Shown: piece by piece, positions 28,409 to 37,756 of the stretch | Layout of the letters: every line of letters starts with the position of its first letter | Numbering within the stretch: the first letter of the stretch is position 1 | From: an uncultured bacterium | GTDB lineage: Bacteria > Babelota > Babeliae > Babelales > JABCYS01 | Reading direction: 5' to 3' | DNA length: 64,000 nucleotides | NCBI GenBank assembly: GCA_963705705.1 | Contig: CAVPKK010000005.1 | Coordinates: forward strand, 96,001 to 160,000 | Program-made: the position numbers and the translations under genes | The notes under the pieces: model-generated | The model's input: only the letters and a program-made list of their open reading frames with translations | Databases searched by the model: none | What the model was told of the DNA's origin: nothing

Positions 28409-29854
28409 CTAGCTAGTCAATTTTTTTACTAATTCGGTGAGTAGTTTTGGATTTCCTTTGCCCTGAGTTGCTTTCATTGCTTGGCCGACAAAGAAGCCCA
28501 TCATGCGCTCTTTGCCTGACTTTAATTCAGCAACTTCATTAGGATGCTTATCGATGAGATCCTTAACAATTTTTTCGAGTTCGTCGGACGAACCGATTTG
28601 CTCTAGGCCTTTAGATTTGACCACTGCTGCTGGATCTTCACCGGTTTGAGCAACTTCTTCAAATACAGTTTTTGCTGCATGATTGTTGATGGTTCCCTGT
28701 TCGAGCATGTTGATGATAGTAACCAATTTTTCTGGTGTTACCTTAAAATCGGCCGGAGTTATGCTTTTCTCGTTAAGATAACTGAGTACGTCACGCAGAA
28801 TCCAATTTACAACTTGCTTGCTACTGTTTAATGCATGTGCTTTTTCATAGTACGATGCAAGTAGACGATCGTTAACTAAGATGTCTGCTTCGTATGCCGT
28901 TACTCCGTCGCTTATATACCGCGCGCGTTTTGCATCTGGCAATTCAGGCATCGCTGCCTTGATACGCTTGATGGTTTCATCATCGATATCAATCGGCGGA
29001 AGATCAGGATCGGTGAAGTAGCGGTAATCGGCTGCCTCTTCTTTGGTACGCATCACATAGGTTTTTTTCTCTTTACTATCCCATAGGCGTGTTTCTTGTT
29101 TAATCACACCACCTGTTTCAAGTGTCTCTATTTGCCGTTCAATTTCGTGTTCGATGGCGTCGCTTATAAATTTAAATGAGTTGATATTTTTTAATTCAAC
29201 CTTGGTGCCAAGCTTTTCAGCCCCTTTTTTGCGCACCGATATATTTGTATCTGCACGGAATGCACCTTCTTCCATATTGCCAGAACTGATATCTAAATAC
29301 GTCACAATATTGTGCAACGTTTTTAAATAGGTACGGGCTTCATATGTGCTAGACATATCTGGATAGGTCACCATTTCTAATAGTGGTGTGCCGGCGCGAT
29401 TGAGGTCGACAAAGCTTTCGTAATCGCTGGCATGAATATTTTTACCAGCATCTTCTTCCATATGAATGCGTAGCAGGCGAATATTTTTAGTTGAACCATC
29501 TTCTCGTGTAATAGGGATATGCCCTTCTAAACATATCGGATGGTATTGTTGAGTGATTTGGTATCCCTTTGGCAGATCAGGATAGAAGTAGTGTTTGCGA
29601 TCAAATTCGTTGTGTTTATTTATTTTGCAGTTGGTTGCTAAGCCGGCAAGGATTGCATAGTCGCGCACTTGCTTATTAAACACGGGAAGCACACCTGGCT
29701 GACCGGTGCATACTTCACAGATGTTGCTATTCGGCTCTTTTGTTATTTCGTTATGGCAGCTACAGAAAATTTTTGTTTTCGTTGTGAGCTGCACGTGTAC
29801 TTCGATACCGATGGTAAGTTCGTACTCTGGGTAATTGTCTAAAACTGAAGCCAT
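28409..29854 (-). CDS. gatB: Asp/Glu-tRNA amidotransferase subunit B
   Basis: IGIEVHVQL, RKHYFYPDLPKGYQITQ, HMEEDAGK, VELKNINSF. Confidence 0.97.
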   Translation of the reverse strand: MASVLDNYPEYELTIGIEVHVQLTTKTKIFCSCHNEITKEPNSNICEVCTGQPGVLPVFNKQVRDYAILAGLATNCKINKHNEFDRKHYFYPDLPKGYQITQQYHPICLEGHIPITREDGSTKNIRLLRIHMEEDAGKNIHASDYESFVDLNRAGTPLLEMVTYPDMSSTYEARTYLKTLHNIVTYLDISSGNMEEGAFRADTNISVRKKGAEKLGTKVELKNINSFKFISDAIEHEIERQIETLETGGVIKQETRLWDSKEKKTYVMRTKEEAADYRYFTDPDLPPIDIDDETIKRIKAAMPELPDAKRARYISDGVTAYEADILVNDRLLASYYEKAHALNSSKQVVNWILRDVLSYLNEKSITPADFKVTPEKLVTIINMLEQGTINNHAAKTVFEEVAQTGEDPAAVVKSKGLEQIGSSDELEKIVKDLIDKHPNEVAELKSGKERMMGFFVGQAMKATQGKGNPKLLTELVKKLTS

Positions 29855-29881
29855 AAAATTCTCAAATATATTTACCTGGGA

Positions 29882-31405
29882 CTACCGACTTTCAATCTTA
29901 AATTGATCGATCTCAAGAGTCTCATCACTTCCCAAGGTAATTTTTCGATTAAATTCTTTTTCCAGGGTCAAAATCGCGTCGTATTCGGTGCCCGTTATAT
30001 GATCAAATATTGCAGGATGCACCGAGAACATTAGTTCTGCGTGCCGTTGCCGACTATTTCTCAGGGCATCATCCAGTTTTTGTAATAACGCAAATGATTC
30101 GGATTGGATCGATTTAATAAATCCAGAGCCTTGGCAGCATGAGCAATCATCAGTTAATTGCTGCACTAAAGTTTTTCCTGAGCGTTTGCGGGTCATTTGA
30201 ACCAGGCCAAACTCAGAAACTTTAAGTACTACAGATTGGAATTTATCACGCTCTTTTAAAATCTTCTCAAAATGGCGATACAGCTTCTGTCGGTTGGCGC
30301 CAGTAGCCATATCGATAAAGTCGATGACGATTAGACCACCAATGTTACGTAGGCGAAGTTGCCGTGCAACCTCTTCTGCGGCTTCAAGGTTGGTTTTTAG
30401 GATCGTCTCTTCCATGTTAGAACGACCAGTGAACCGTCCTGTATTTACATCGACTACGGTCATCGCTTCGGTAGCTTCTATAACCAAAGAACCGCCAGAG
30501 CGTAAATGTACTTTCTTTTGCAGTGCCCGTTCAATTTGTTTTTCAATATCGTAACGATCAAATAGTGAAGGATTGCCTTCGTATAAGCGAACCTTATGGG
30601 TATATTCTGGGGCAATGCTTTTTACAAATCTATAGATGCGCTGTTGTAACTGTTTTGAATCAGTAATTATTGCTTCAATATCATCATCTAGATTGTCGCG
30701 CACTGCAGCAAGAGATAAATCTAGATCTTCATAAATCTTTTCTTTTGGCTTTGCCTTCGCAAATTTCTTTACAATTGAGCGCCAGGTATGTACCAGAAAT
30801 GCAATATCTTGGCCAAGCGCTGCTTCAGGAGCATTTTCGCATGAAGTTCGAATAATTGCGCCCATACCTTTTGGCAGTCTGCGTGTAAGGATGTCGCGCA
30901 AGCGGTTGCGCTCTTCTCGAGATTCGATTTTTTTGGAAATGCCAATGCGAGGAATGTTTGGCATGAGAACTATGAAACGGCCAGGCAAAGTGAAGCAGGT
31001 GGTTAGCTTTGCACCTTTTTCATAGATTGGTTCTTTGGAAACTTGAACCAGAATTGGCTCGCCTTCGCGTAGAATTTTGCTTATTTCGGGCCGCTCGCGA
31101 CGTTGCGGAGGTCTGCTTGGTGCCGGTTCGCCTTCGATATCGCTATCATGGCCAAGCCCCATTTTTTCAGCTGCCATTTCGCGATCAATTTCGGAGATAT
31201 GCAGAAAGCCTGCTTTTTCTTGCCCAAAATCAACGAAGGCAGTTTGAATACCCGGTAATACTGAGGCGATGATGCCTTTAAAAAACATGCGCTCTAAATG
31301 TTCATGCACCCGCGGTGCAAAGTAAATATTTTGGAGCTCATTATTCTCCAGAACAATCGCCACGCGCGTTTGCCATGGAGCGTCATTAATCAGAATTTTT
31401 TTCAT
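29882..31405 (-). CDS. rng: Ribonuclease G/E family
   Basis: S1 domain GIQTAFVDFG, VDVNTG, RLRNIGGLIVIDFIDM, CxxC; likely start MKKILIND. Confidence 0.92.
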   Translation of the reverse strand: MKKILINDAPWQTRVAIVLENNELQNIYFAPRVHEHLERMFFKGIIASVLPGIQTAFVDFGQEKAGFLHISEIDREMAAEKMGLGHDSDIEGEPAPSRPPQRRERPEISKILREGEPILVQVSKEPIYEKGAKLTTCFTLPGRFIVLMPNIPRIGISKKIESREERNRLRDILTRRLPKGMGAIIRTSCENAPEAALGQDIAFLVHTWRSIVKKFAKAKPKEKIYEDLDLSLAAVRDNLDDDIEAIITDSKQLQQRIYRFVKSIAPEYTHKVRLYEGNPSLFDRYDIEKQIERALQKKVHLRSGGSLVIEATEAMTVVDVNTGRFTGRSNMEETILKTNLEAAEEVARQLRLRNIGGLIVIDFIDMATGANRQKLYRHFEKILKERDKFQSVVLKVSEFGLVQMTRKRSGKTLVQQLTDDCSCCQGSGFIKSIQSESFALLQKLDDALRNSRQRHAELMFSVHPAIFDHITGTEYDAILTLEKEFNRKITLGSDETLEIDQFKIESR

Positions 31406-31652
31406 GTATATTTCGAAATCTTTCTTGGTCACCCAGATTTGCTTTCGAGCTTCTTGTACACAATGGGAAAGCGCTCTGGATAACATTCCCTCCTTTTTAT
31501 CCGACTAAGCTTATTGCTAGCAGAAAGGTCATTTCTGGTAACGGCTTGGCGGATTGGTAAAAATTAAACAGTGCAAAATATAGCGTATTGCAAAAAATTG
31601 TGATAGTTTTTGGACCCACGTCATATTTCCTTAACAGCGAGGATTAAAAAAA

Positions 31653-32225
31653 ATGAAAAAAGTACTAGGCATAATGCTATTTGTGCTTGCTTTAGCCCCA
31701 GCATGTGGCAAAAAGAAGGTTGTTCGTTCATCGAATGATAAGTCTATGAATATTCCACTAGCATCAAATGGGGAACGCCGTAGCTTCTTCGATGATGAGG
31801 TAGGAGCATTTGTATTAGAGGATGATGCACAAGCCCAAGATCAAAATCAGCAAGCTTCATGGGTAGCCCAGGCCGATACCAAGCAGTTTAAGCCTGTCTA
31901 CTTCGATTTCGATAAATACGCCATCCGTAACGACCAACAGTCGCAAGTTGAGGCAGATGCCCAAGAAGCACTTAAGGTCGCAAAAAATCAGCAAAAAGAA
32001 GTTGTCATTGAAGGACACGCTTGCCATTCGGCTGGATCAAAAGCGTATAACCTAATTCTTTCAGAGCACCGTGCGCAAATGGTTGCAAAACGACTCGAAG
32101 AAGAAGGGGTGCCAGCTGAGAATATGAAGGTGGTCGGTCGTGGTACCGAAATGCCGGTTGTACTCGGCGGCTCACGTGAAGAGCAATGGCCAAACCGACG
32201 CGTAGAAGTTTTCCCTCTATCCTAA
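31653..32225 (+). CDS. OmpA/Pal-family peptidoglycan-associated lipoprotein
   Basis: Lipobox-like LAPAC; VYFDFDKYAI, IEGHAC, YNLILSEHRA, NRRVE. Confidence 0.88.
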   Translation: MKKVLGIMLFVLALAPACGKKKVVRSSNDKSMNIPLASNGERRSFFDDEVGAFVLEDDAQAQDQNQQASWVAQADTKQFKPVYFDFDKYAIRNDQQSQVEADAQEALKVAKNQQKEVVIEGHACHSAGSKAYNLILSEHRAQMVAKRLEEEGVPAENMKVVGRGTEMPVVLGGSREEQWPNRRVEVFPLS

Positions 32226-32243
32226 GGTAGGGCATAAAAAATC

Positions 32244-32275
32244 AAGGGACTCTGATCATTCAGGGTCCCTTTTTT
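32244..32275 (+). terminator. Intrinsic terminator
   Basis: AAGGGACTCTGA-tcat-TCAGGGTCCCTT followed by a T run. Confidence 0.75.
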
Positions 32276-32289
32276 AATGTGAAATATTT

Positions 32290-32886
32290 ATGATTACAAA
32301 GCTAACTGGCAAAGTTATCGAACTTCAAGACCAATCACTAACACTTGTGGTTAGCGGTTTTGGCTTCGCCGTTGTCGTTCCCCAAGTCACCATGTTTGCA
32401 CCGGGAACTGATGCAGATTTACATATATATATGCATTGGTCAGCCGAGCAAGGCCCAAGCTTGTATGGCTTTAAATCTGCTGCTGAAAAAAAGTTATTTT
32501 TGACATTGATTGATTGCCAAGGCATTGGCCCGAAGGTTGCCATGGCATTATTGGGCAAGTTGGGCGCGCAAGCCATTGTGGAGGCGGCATCACAGAATAA
32601 TCTTAAGCAGCTGAGCAGTGTATCGGGCGTTGGGCCTAAGAAGGCGGAACAATTGCTCTTATTTCTTCGTGATAAAGTCACTGGATTGCTTGAGGATGGC
32701 CTGGAATTCGGGGGTAGTAGCCTTACTAATTGGCATGAGGTTTCAGCCGTGCTGACCAAGCTTAATTATTCACGAACTGAAATTGCTCAGGCGATGCAGC
32801 ATCTCACTGCCCAGTTTGCTGGCAAGCCGGTCGGAGTCGATGAGCTTTTACGTTATGCCTTAGGCTATATGACCCAAGGGCGCTGA
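32290..32886 (+). CDS. ruvA: Holliday junction branch migration protein RuvA
   Basis: MITKLTGKV, LYGF, GIGPKVAM, GVGPKKAEQL. Confidence 0.93.
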   Translation: MITKLTGKVIELQDQSLTLVVSGFGFAVVVPQVTMFAPGTDADLHIYMHWSAEQGPSLYGFKSAAEKKLFLTLIDCQGIGPKVAMALLGKLGAQAIVEAASQNNLKQLSSVSGVGPKKAEQLLLFLRDKVTGLLEDGLEFGGSSLTNWHEVSAVLTKLNYSRTEIAQAMQHLTAQFAGKPVGVDELLRYALGYMTQGR

Positions 32887-32893
32887 TGCGCAT

Positions 32894-32921
32894 TTGACAG
32901 CGAATCCCATTTTGTTACTAT
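32894..32921 (+). promoter_or_regulatory. Sigma70-like promoter upstream of tRNA-Gly
   Basis: TTGACA-16 nt-TACTAT with extended -10 TG. Confidence 0.6.
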
Positions 32922-33035
32922 TCGGTTCACAGAAATGAAATGCATTATGGCTTGAGTTTTGGGTGTAAAAGGTCCAGACTTAGCTATGTATGGACGACGA
33001 ATAGTCGTTAATTTGATTCACATCTATGAAACGAT

Positions 33036-33111
33036 GCGGGAATAGCTCAATTGGTAGAGCGTTGCCTTGCCAAGGCAAAGGTCGCGGGTTCAAGTCCCGT
33101 TTCCCGCTCCA
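33036..33111 (+). tRNA. tRNA-Gly(GCC)
   Basis: GCGGGAA..TTCCCGC acceptor stem, TTGCC-TTGCCAA-GGCAA anticodon arm, GGTTCAAGTCC T arm, CCA end. Confidence 0.97.
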
Positions 33112-33207
33112 TTTTTAGTCCGTGGTCACAGGGCAGATCACTGATATTCTTGTTTTACCTATTTATTTACGTGATTTAGCATGCGCCCTATGAGGTATTA
33201 GTAACCA

Positions 33208-33615
33208 ATGAGATCTGTAATTCAAGAAGCGGCAACGATTGCTCAAGCAGTTGAGCTTGGCTGGATTAAAGCCGGGAAACCAAAAGATTTCGCCGTTAAG
33301 GTTTTTGAAGAGCCGCAAACAAAATTCTTTGGCTTTGTAACGGTTAAAAAAGCAAAAATTGGTATTTTCATTGAAGACCGCCCACAGCAACAGCGTGGTG
33401 GCGATCAGCGACAACGTAAACACATCCCACATCGCCGGCGTCCTCAGATGGGTGGCGGTGGCCAGCATAACGTTCGCCAAATCCCGAATGCTAATACAGG
33501 ACCAACACATCCTGAAACTCAGCGAAAACCTGGCGAGAAACAACATCCTCATCAACCACACGAGGATCATGATCATCACGATGGGCATGATCACGACCAT
33601 GATGAAAACGAATAA
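33208..33615 (+). CDS. Jag/EloR N-terminal domain protein, truncated, with His/Asp-rich tail
   Basis: RSVIQEAATIAQAVE..VKVFEEPQTKFFGF..KAKI is Jag_N-like; sits upstream of mnmE; no KH or R3H domain. Confidence 0.75.
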   Translation: MRSVIQEAATIAQAVELGWIKAGKPKDFAVKVFEEPQTKFFGFVTVKKAKIGIFIEDRPQQQRGGDQRQRKHIPHRRRPQMGGGGQHNVRQIPNANTGPTHPETQRKPGEKQHPHQPHEDHDHHDGHDHDHDENE

Positions 33616-33636
33616 GATTAATCGGGAGGTTTACTT

Positions 33637-35073
33637 ATTTTCACTCATCAGGACGAATCAACTATTATTGCGCAATGCACCCCAAGCGGGCATGGCGCAA
33701 TTGCACTCATTCGGATAACAGGGCTCGATGCTTTGAGCATTGTTTCCCCGATAGCTAGAGTAAAGGCTGGCAACCTTGTAGATCTGCCGTCACACACTAT
33801 TCACAGCGGCTATGTGATCGACCAAAAACATGAGATTGTTGATCACGTTATGTTTTTGGTTATGCATGCGCCACGTACCTTTACTGGCCAGCATACGGTT
33901 GAGATCACTTGTCACAATAATCAATTTATTATTGAACGCATTATCGAATTGGCTATTGCCTATGGCGCGCGTCATGCGCAAGAGGGTGAATTTACTCGTC
34001 GCGCATTTTTGAACAAAAAAATAGATCTTGTCCAAGCCGAAGCAATTAACGAATTAATTTGTGCGAATAATCAGTTGGCACTGAAAAAATCACTAGCCCA
34101 ACTGCAGGGCAGCTTTTCACATTTTGTAATAGATTTAGAAGAAAAGTTATTGAAGGTGTTGGCATTTTCAGAAGCCAGTTTCGAATTTTTGGATGATGAG
34201 ATTACGTTTGCAGATCAGATCCGTGAACAACTTGATCATATTATCAATGAAGTTGCTGAAGCTAAAAAATCGTACAATCAGCAACAGCAGATTCGTCAAG
34301 GATTTCGCGTTGCCATTATTGGTTCGGTAAATGCCGGCAAATCATCGCTCTTTAATGCTTTGCTGAATCGCAGCCGCGCTATTGTTACGCCTATTCCTGG
34401 TACAACCCGCGATGTTCTTGAGGCTGGCATGTATGTTGGCGGCAATTATTGGACGCTTGTCGATACTGCTGGTTTGCGTCGCACGCACGATATTATTGAA
34501 CAAGAAGGTATTAAACGAGCACATGATGAAGCGCATAGCGCTGATGTTATTTTGCTGACGTTTGATAGTTCGCAAACAATGAGTATTGAGGAAACCAACG
34601 TTTACCAAGAGCTGCTTGAGAACTATCGCAACAAAATTATTGCTGTCGCAAATAAAGCAGATCTTGATTCAATTCCTACTGAGATGGACCTAACCCCGCT
34701 CATCCTGAGTTTATCGAAGGATCAAAGCGGAAATACGGATTTTGCTAAAAATTTTAATAATAATATTTGTTCCGTTTCATCAGTCACGCGCGCAGGCATA
34801 GACCAACTACAACATGCAATCGAACAGAAAATTGCTCAAATCTTGGCAGCCGCCGATTCACCATTCATGTTAAATAAGCGCCAATATCATTTGCTGTCTG
34901 AGGTAGAAAAACGTTTGCAGCATATTCGTTCTATGATTGTCGGCGATATTGCATACGAATTACTATCTTACGAACTCAAGGAAGCACTTTCTATGCTCAG
35001 CGAATTGACCGGCAAATCGGTTAGTGAGCAGGCGATGGATCAAGTGTTTAGATCGTTCTGCGTCGGAAAATAA
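33637..35073 (+). CDS. mnmE: tRNA modification GTPase MnmE, probable ATT start
   Basis: In-frame DESTIIAQCTPSGHGAIALIRITG upstream of the ORF-track start; GEFTRRAFLN, GSVNAGKSS, GTTRD, DTAG, NKAD, FCVGK. Confidence 0.95.
   Translation: MFTHQDESTIIAQCTPSGHGAIALIRITGLDALSIVSPIARVKAGNLVDLPSHTIHSGYVIDQKHEIVDHVMFLVMHAPRTFTGQHTVEITCHNNQFIIERIIELAIAYGARHAQEGEFTRRAFLNKKIDLVQAEAINELICANNQLALKKSLAQLQGSFSHFVIDLEEKLLKVLAFSEASFEFLDDEITFADQIREQLDHIINEVAEAKKSYNQQQQIRQGFRVAIIGSVNAGKSSLFNALLNRSRAIVTPIPGTTRDVLEAGMYVGGNYWTLVDTAGLRRTHDIIEQEGIKRAHDEAHSADVILLTFDSSQTMSIEETNVYQELLENYRNKIIAVANKADLDSIPTEMDLTPLILSLSKDQSGNTDFAKNFNNNICSVSSVTRAGIDQLQHAIEQKIAQILAAADSPFMLNKRQYHLLSEVEKRLQHIRSMIVGDIAYELLSYELKEALSMLSELTGKSVSEQAMDQVFRSFCVGK
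34696..34730 (+). repeat. Palindromic repeat core in-frame within mnmE (PLILSLSKDQSG)
   Basis: CCGCTCATCCTGAGTTTATCGAAGGATCAAAGCGG. Confidence 0.92.
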
Positions 35074-36276
35074 TCAGATTGCTGCGTGAGTTTGTACGGT
35101 TAGCGGCTTCAATATTTCTTGCTCAGACAATCGTTCTTTATTGCCTACACTATGATGAGCATGCGCTGCAAATCCAAGTTCAACAAGCATATCAACAAAA
35201 TCCATCGGTCTAATACCGACCTCTGCAGCTTGGTGAAATAACACGGTTGCAGGCGTCATACCTGGCAGGGTATTAAATTCCAAAATAACAACCCGTTCAG
35301 AACCGGTAGGGCTTTGTTCAGCCGACTGATAAAAACAATCGATACGCGCATAACCATGGCAGCCCACAGTGCGGTAAGCATCTGCAATAATCGTTTGTAC
35401 CAAGGCCAAGGCATCAGCTGGCAACGGAGCCGGCGTTTGATTTTCGCCAGCACCCGGTAAAAATTTTTCTTCAATTGATAGAATGCCCGCTGCAGCGACT
35501 GCCTGACTTGGTGGAAGCGCAATAGGCTGATCATTGCCAATAACGCCAACAGTTAATTCCATGCCGGTTACAAATTCTTCGACAAAGGCATGTGCTTTGC
35601 CGGCGGCAAATATTGCATCTATTGCTTTGATGAGTTGTTCATCATTCGTTGCTTTGGAGACCATGACGCTGCAACCATCATCGTGTGGTTTAATGACCAG
35701 GGGGTATGAAGAGGCCATTTTCGCGCTACGATCCTTCGATAAACTCAGGATGAGCGCGTCATTGTCCACTGTGTTAAAAAAGGTATGGGTATTTTGAACA
35801 ACGTGCTCTTTACCCACTAGCCACTCATCGCGTGAGACAAGCACATGTTTTGGAACATCGAACCCTTGTGAGCGCAAGAAGCAATTTGCCTTATATTTAT
35901 CCATGCATAATGCACTGGCGAATACCGATGAGCCATTGTATGGCAAGCCCAGCATTTCGAGTGCGCCTTGTATTGAGCCATTTTCGCCAATGCCGCCGTG
36001 TAGGGCAATGAATACAAAGTCAGCGATCGAGGGTAGATCTGAGAGATTAATGCGCATGGCATCAGTGAGATGATCTGTGATTTCTTTGGTGGAATTATGA
36101 ACCAAAATTCGCTCATTGATTCGGTAGAATTTCCGTTCGCCAGACACGAATACTGGTATCACATTGTATTTTGAGGGCGACAATTTATAAACGATGTTGC
36201 GCCCAGATTCGAGAGAGATTTCTCGTTCGTTAGAGTCGCCACCCAGAAGTACTGCAATATTAATTATATGCTGCAT
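35074..36276 (-). CDS. ddl: D-alanine--D-alanine ligase-like ATP-grasp protein (downstream copy)
   Basis: GGAG RBS before ATG 36276; IAVLLGGDSNEREISL, ALHGGIGENG, YARID, EFNTLPGMT. Confidence 0.85.
   Translation of the reverse strand: MQHIINIAVLLGGDSNEREISLESGRNIVYKLSPSKYNVIPVFVSGERKFYRINERILVHNSTKEITDHLTDAMRINLSDLPSIADFVFIALHGGIGENGSIQGALEMLGLPYNGSSVFASALCMDKYKANCFLRSQGFDVPKHVLVSRDEWLVGKEHVVQNTHTFFNTVDNDALILSLSKDRSAKMASSYPLVIKPHDDGCSVMVSKATNDEQLIKAIDAIFAAGKAHAFVEEFVTGMELTVGVIGNDQPIALPPSQAVAAAGILSIEEKFLPGAGENQTPAPLPADALALVQTIIADAYRTVGCHGYARIDCFYQSAEQSPTGSERVVILEFNTLPGMTPATVLFHQAAEVGIRPMDFVDMLVELGFAAHAHHSVGNKERLSEQEILKPLTVQTHAAI
35722..35758 (-). repeat. Palindromic repeat core in-frame within ddl (ALILSLSKDRSA)
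   Basis: CGCGCTACGATCCTTCGATAAACTCAGGATGAGCGCG. Confidence 0.92.
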
Positions 36277-37531
36277 TCGCCAACTCCGTATCAATTAAAT
36301 GGTTAATTACTTTTGCATGAGACATGCCAGCTTCTGCTGCTTGTCTGAAAATAAAACTTGCCGGGCCCATACCGGTGAGGGTATTTGGATCAATGATAAC
36401 CACTCGTTTATCTGGTGTTAAAAAGCCATCGATGCGGGCCATATTGCTAAACTCAAGTAATTTCATGACACGCAAACAAACATCTTGAATGAGCTTAGTA
36501 TCTTCTACGCTACATCGAGCCGGCGTATATTTCATGGCTCGGCCGGGCATATATTTTTGCTCGTAGGTATAGAATTCCGATCCCGCTTCGCAAACCACTT
36601 CGGTTGGCGGTAATAATAACGGTGTGCCATCCTGGTTGGTCAAAATAATGCAGGTGAATTCCATGCCTTCAACTTTTTCTTCGATAAGCACACTTTGTTG
36701 CATACCAGCATTTATATTGCACGCTGTGATCAAAGCCGGTAATAGATCTTCTTCCTTTTTCACCACACTCATGCCTAGGCTTGAACCTTCCTTATGTGGC
36801 TTGATTATTAGGGGGAATATTGGCGGTTTTTCATTCGAGTCATTTTCGCGCTTTGATCCTTTTGCCCCAAACTCACCCTGGAAGGGAACCCGAGTTTCGG
36901 GGACCCCAAATTCGATAAACTCAGGATGAGCGCGGCGTGTGTCTTCTGTAATTTTGGTGTTTTCGTAGAGAGATCCGCTCGTCCTGAGCCTGTCGAAGGA
37001 TACGAGTGGCGCAAACTGCACAAACAAGTTGTGGACTTGCATTGGATTTTTCGTCAGTGCTTGTATCTCATGTGGCGTCAACACAACTCCCCGAGGCACA
37101 TCAATGCCATTTGCACTCAGAATCTGTTTCTGAACCGTTTTATCCATACCAATGGCGCTACCCAACAATTTGGCACCTAAGTAGGGTAGATTAAGCAGTT
37201 CCAACATTCCTTGTAACGTACCATCTTCGGCATACCGACCATGCATAGCGATATATACAAAATCAATTAAGTTCGGTAGTTCGTCCCACAGAACTGCCTT
37301 TGCGTCAGTTACAAGCCGTTGCTCAAAATCACTAATCTTGCCCCGGGATAAGAAGCGCCAGGGGAGAATATATAGTTTGCCATTACTTTGCTGGAATATA
37401 GGAATAATTTCGTATTTTGAACTATCAAGATGATCACATATCGTCCGGCCTGAGTTGAACGAGACTTCTCGTTCGATTGACTTGCCGCCCATCAGAACGC
37501 CGACTCGGAGGTGTGTTGTAGTTTTATGCAT
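36260..37531 (-). CDS. ddl: D-alanine--D-alanine ligase-like ATP-grasp protein (upstream copy)
   Basis: VGVLMGGKSIEREVS, AMHGRYAEDGTLQG, IKPHKEGSS, FYTYEQKY, ARIDGF. Confidence 0.87.
   Translation of the reverse strand: MHKTTTHLRVGVLMGGKSIEREVSFNSGRTICDHLDSSKYEIIPIFQQSNGKLYILPWRFLSRGKISDFEQRLVTDAKAVLWDELPNLIDFVYIAMHGRYAEDGTLQGMLELLNLPYLGAKLLGSAIGMDKTVQKQILSANGIDVPRGVVLTPHEIQALTKNPMQVHNLFVQFAPLVSFDRLRTSGSLYENTKITEDTRRAHPEFIEFGVPETRVPFQGEFGAKGSKRENDSNEKPPIFPLIIKPHKEGSSLGMSVVKKEEDLLPALITACNINAGMQQSVLIEEKVEGMEFTCIILTNQDGTPLLLPPTEVVCEAGSEFYTYEQKYMPGRAMKYTPARCSVEDTKLIQDVCLRVMKLLEFSNMARIDGFLTPDKRVVIIDPNTLTGMGPASFIFRQAAEAGMSHAKVINHLIDTELANAAYN
36847..36934 (-). repeat. Composite repeat (core plus GGGG/CCCC module) in-frame in ddl (RAHPEFIEFGVPETRVPFQGEFGAKGSKR)
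   Basis: Same module as at 22895-22936 and 49006-49049. Confidence 0.92.
36975..37009 (+). repeat. Repeat core antisense within ddl (PLVSFDRLRTSG)
   Basis: CCGCTCGTCCTGAGCCTGTCGAAGGATACGAGTGG. Confidence 0.9.
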
Positions 37532-37618
37532 ATGCGTGCCGCTATTAACGTGATACAATTTTTTAATGATACGAGAAGTATAGACGTTTTTATTACGCGT
37601 CAAAATTTTAAATCAATT

Positions 37619-37738
37619 CCTTCGTCCTGAGTGATTTTCGAAATTTGTTCTTTGCCCCTCGATACATTTTGCTACGCAAAACACTCGGGGTGAGCGGGTC
37701 AGGTTGATGCGAAAATAGTATCGAAGGATGCGAACAGG
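37619..37738 (+). repeat. Nested composite repeat between ddl and orn
   Basis: TTCGTCCTGAGTG...[CCCCTCGATACATTTTGCTACGCAAAACACTCGGGG]...TATCGAAGGATGCGAA. Confidence 0.85.
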
Positions 37739-37756
37739 TCATTTTAAAGGATATCG

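Noticed and set aside
33036..33200. tRNA-Gly as an integration site for an island or prophage
   Set aside because: No integrase and no duplicated tRNA 3' end seen; flanking genes are housekeeping
36260..36294. Frameshift splitting a single fused ddl gene
   Set aside because: The second gene has its own GGAG RBS and ATG (36276) overlapping the first stop; this is consistent with translational coupling, though not proven
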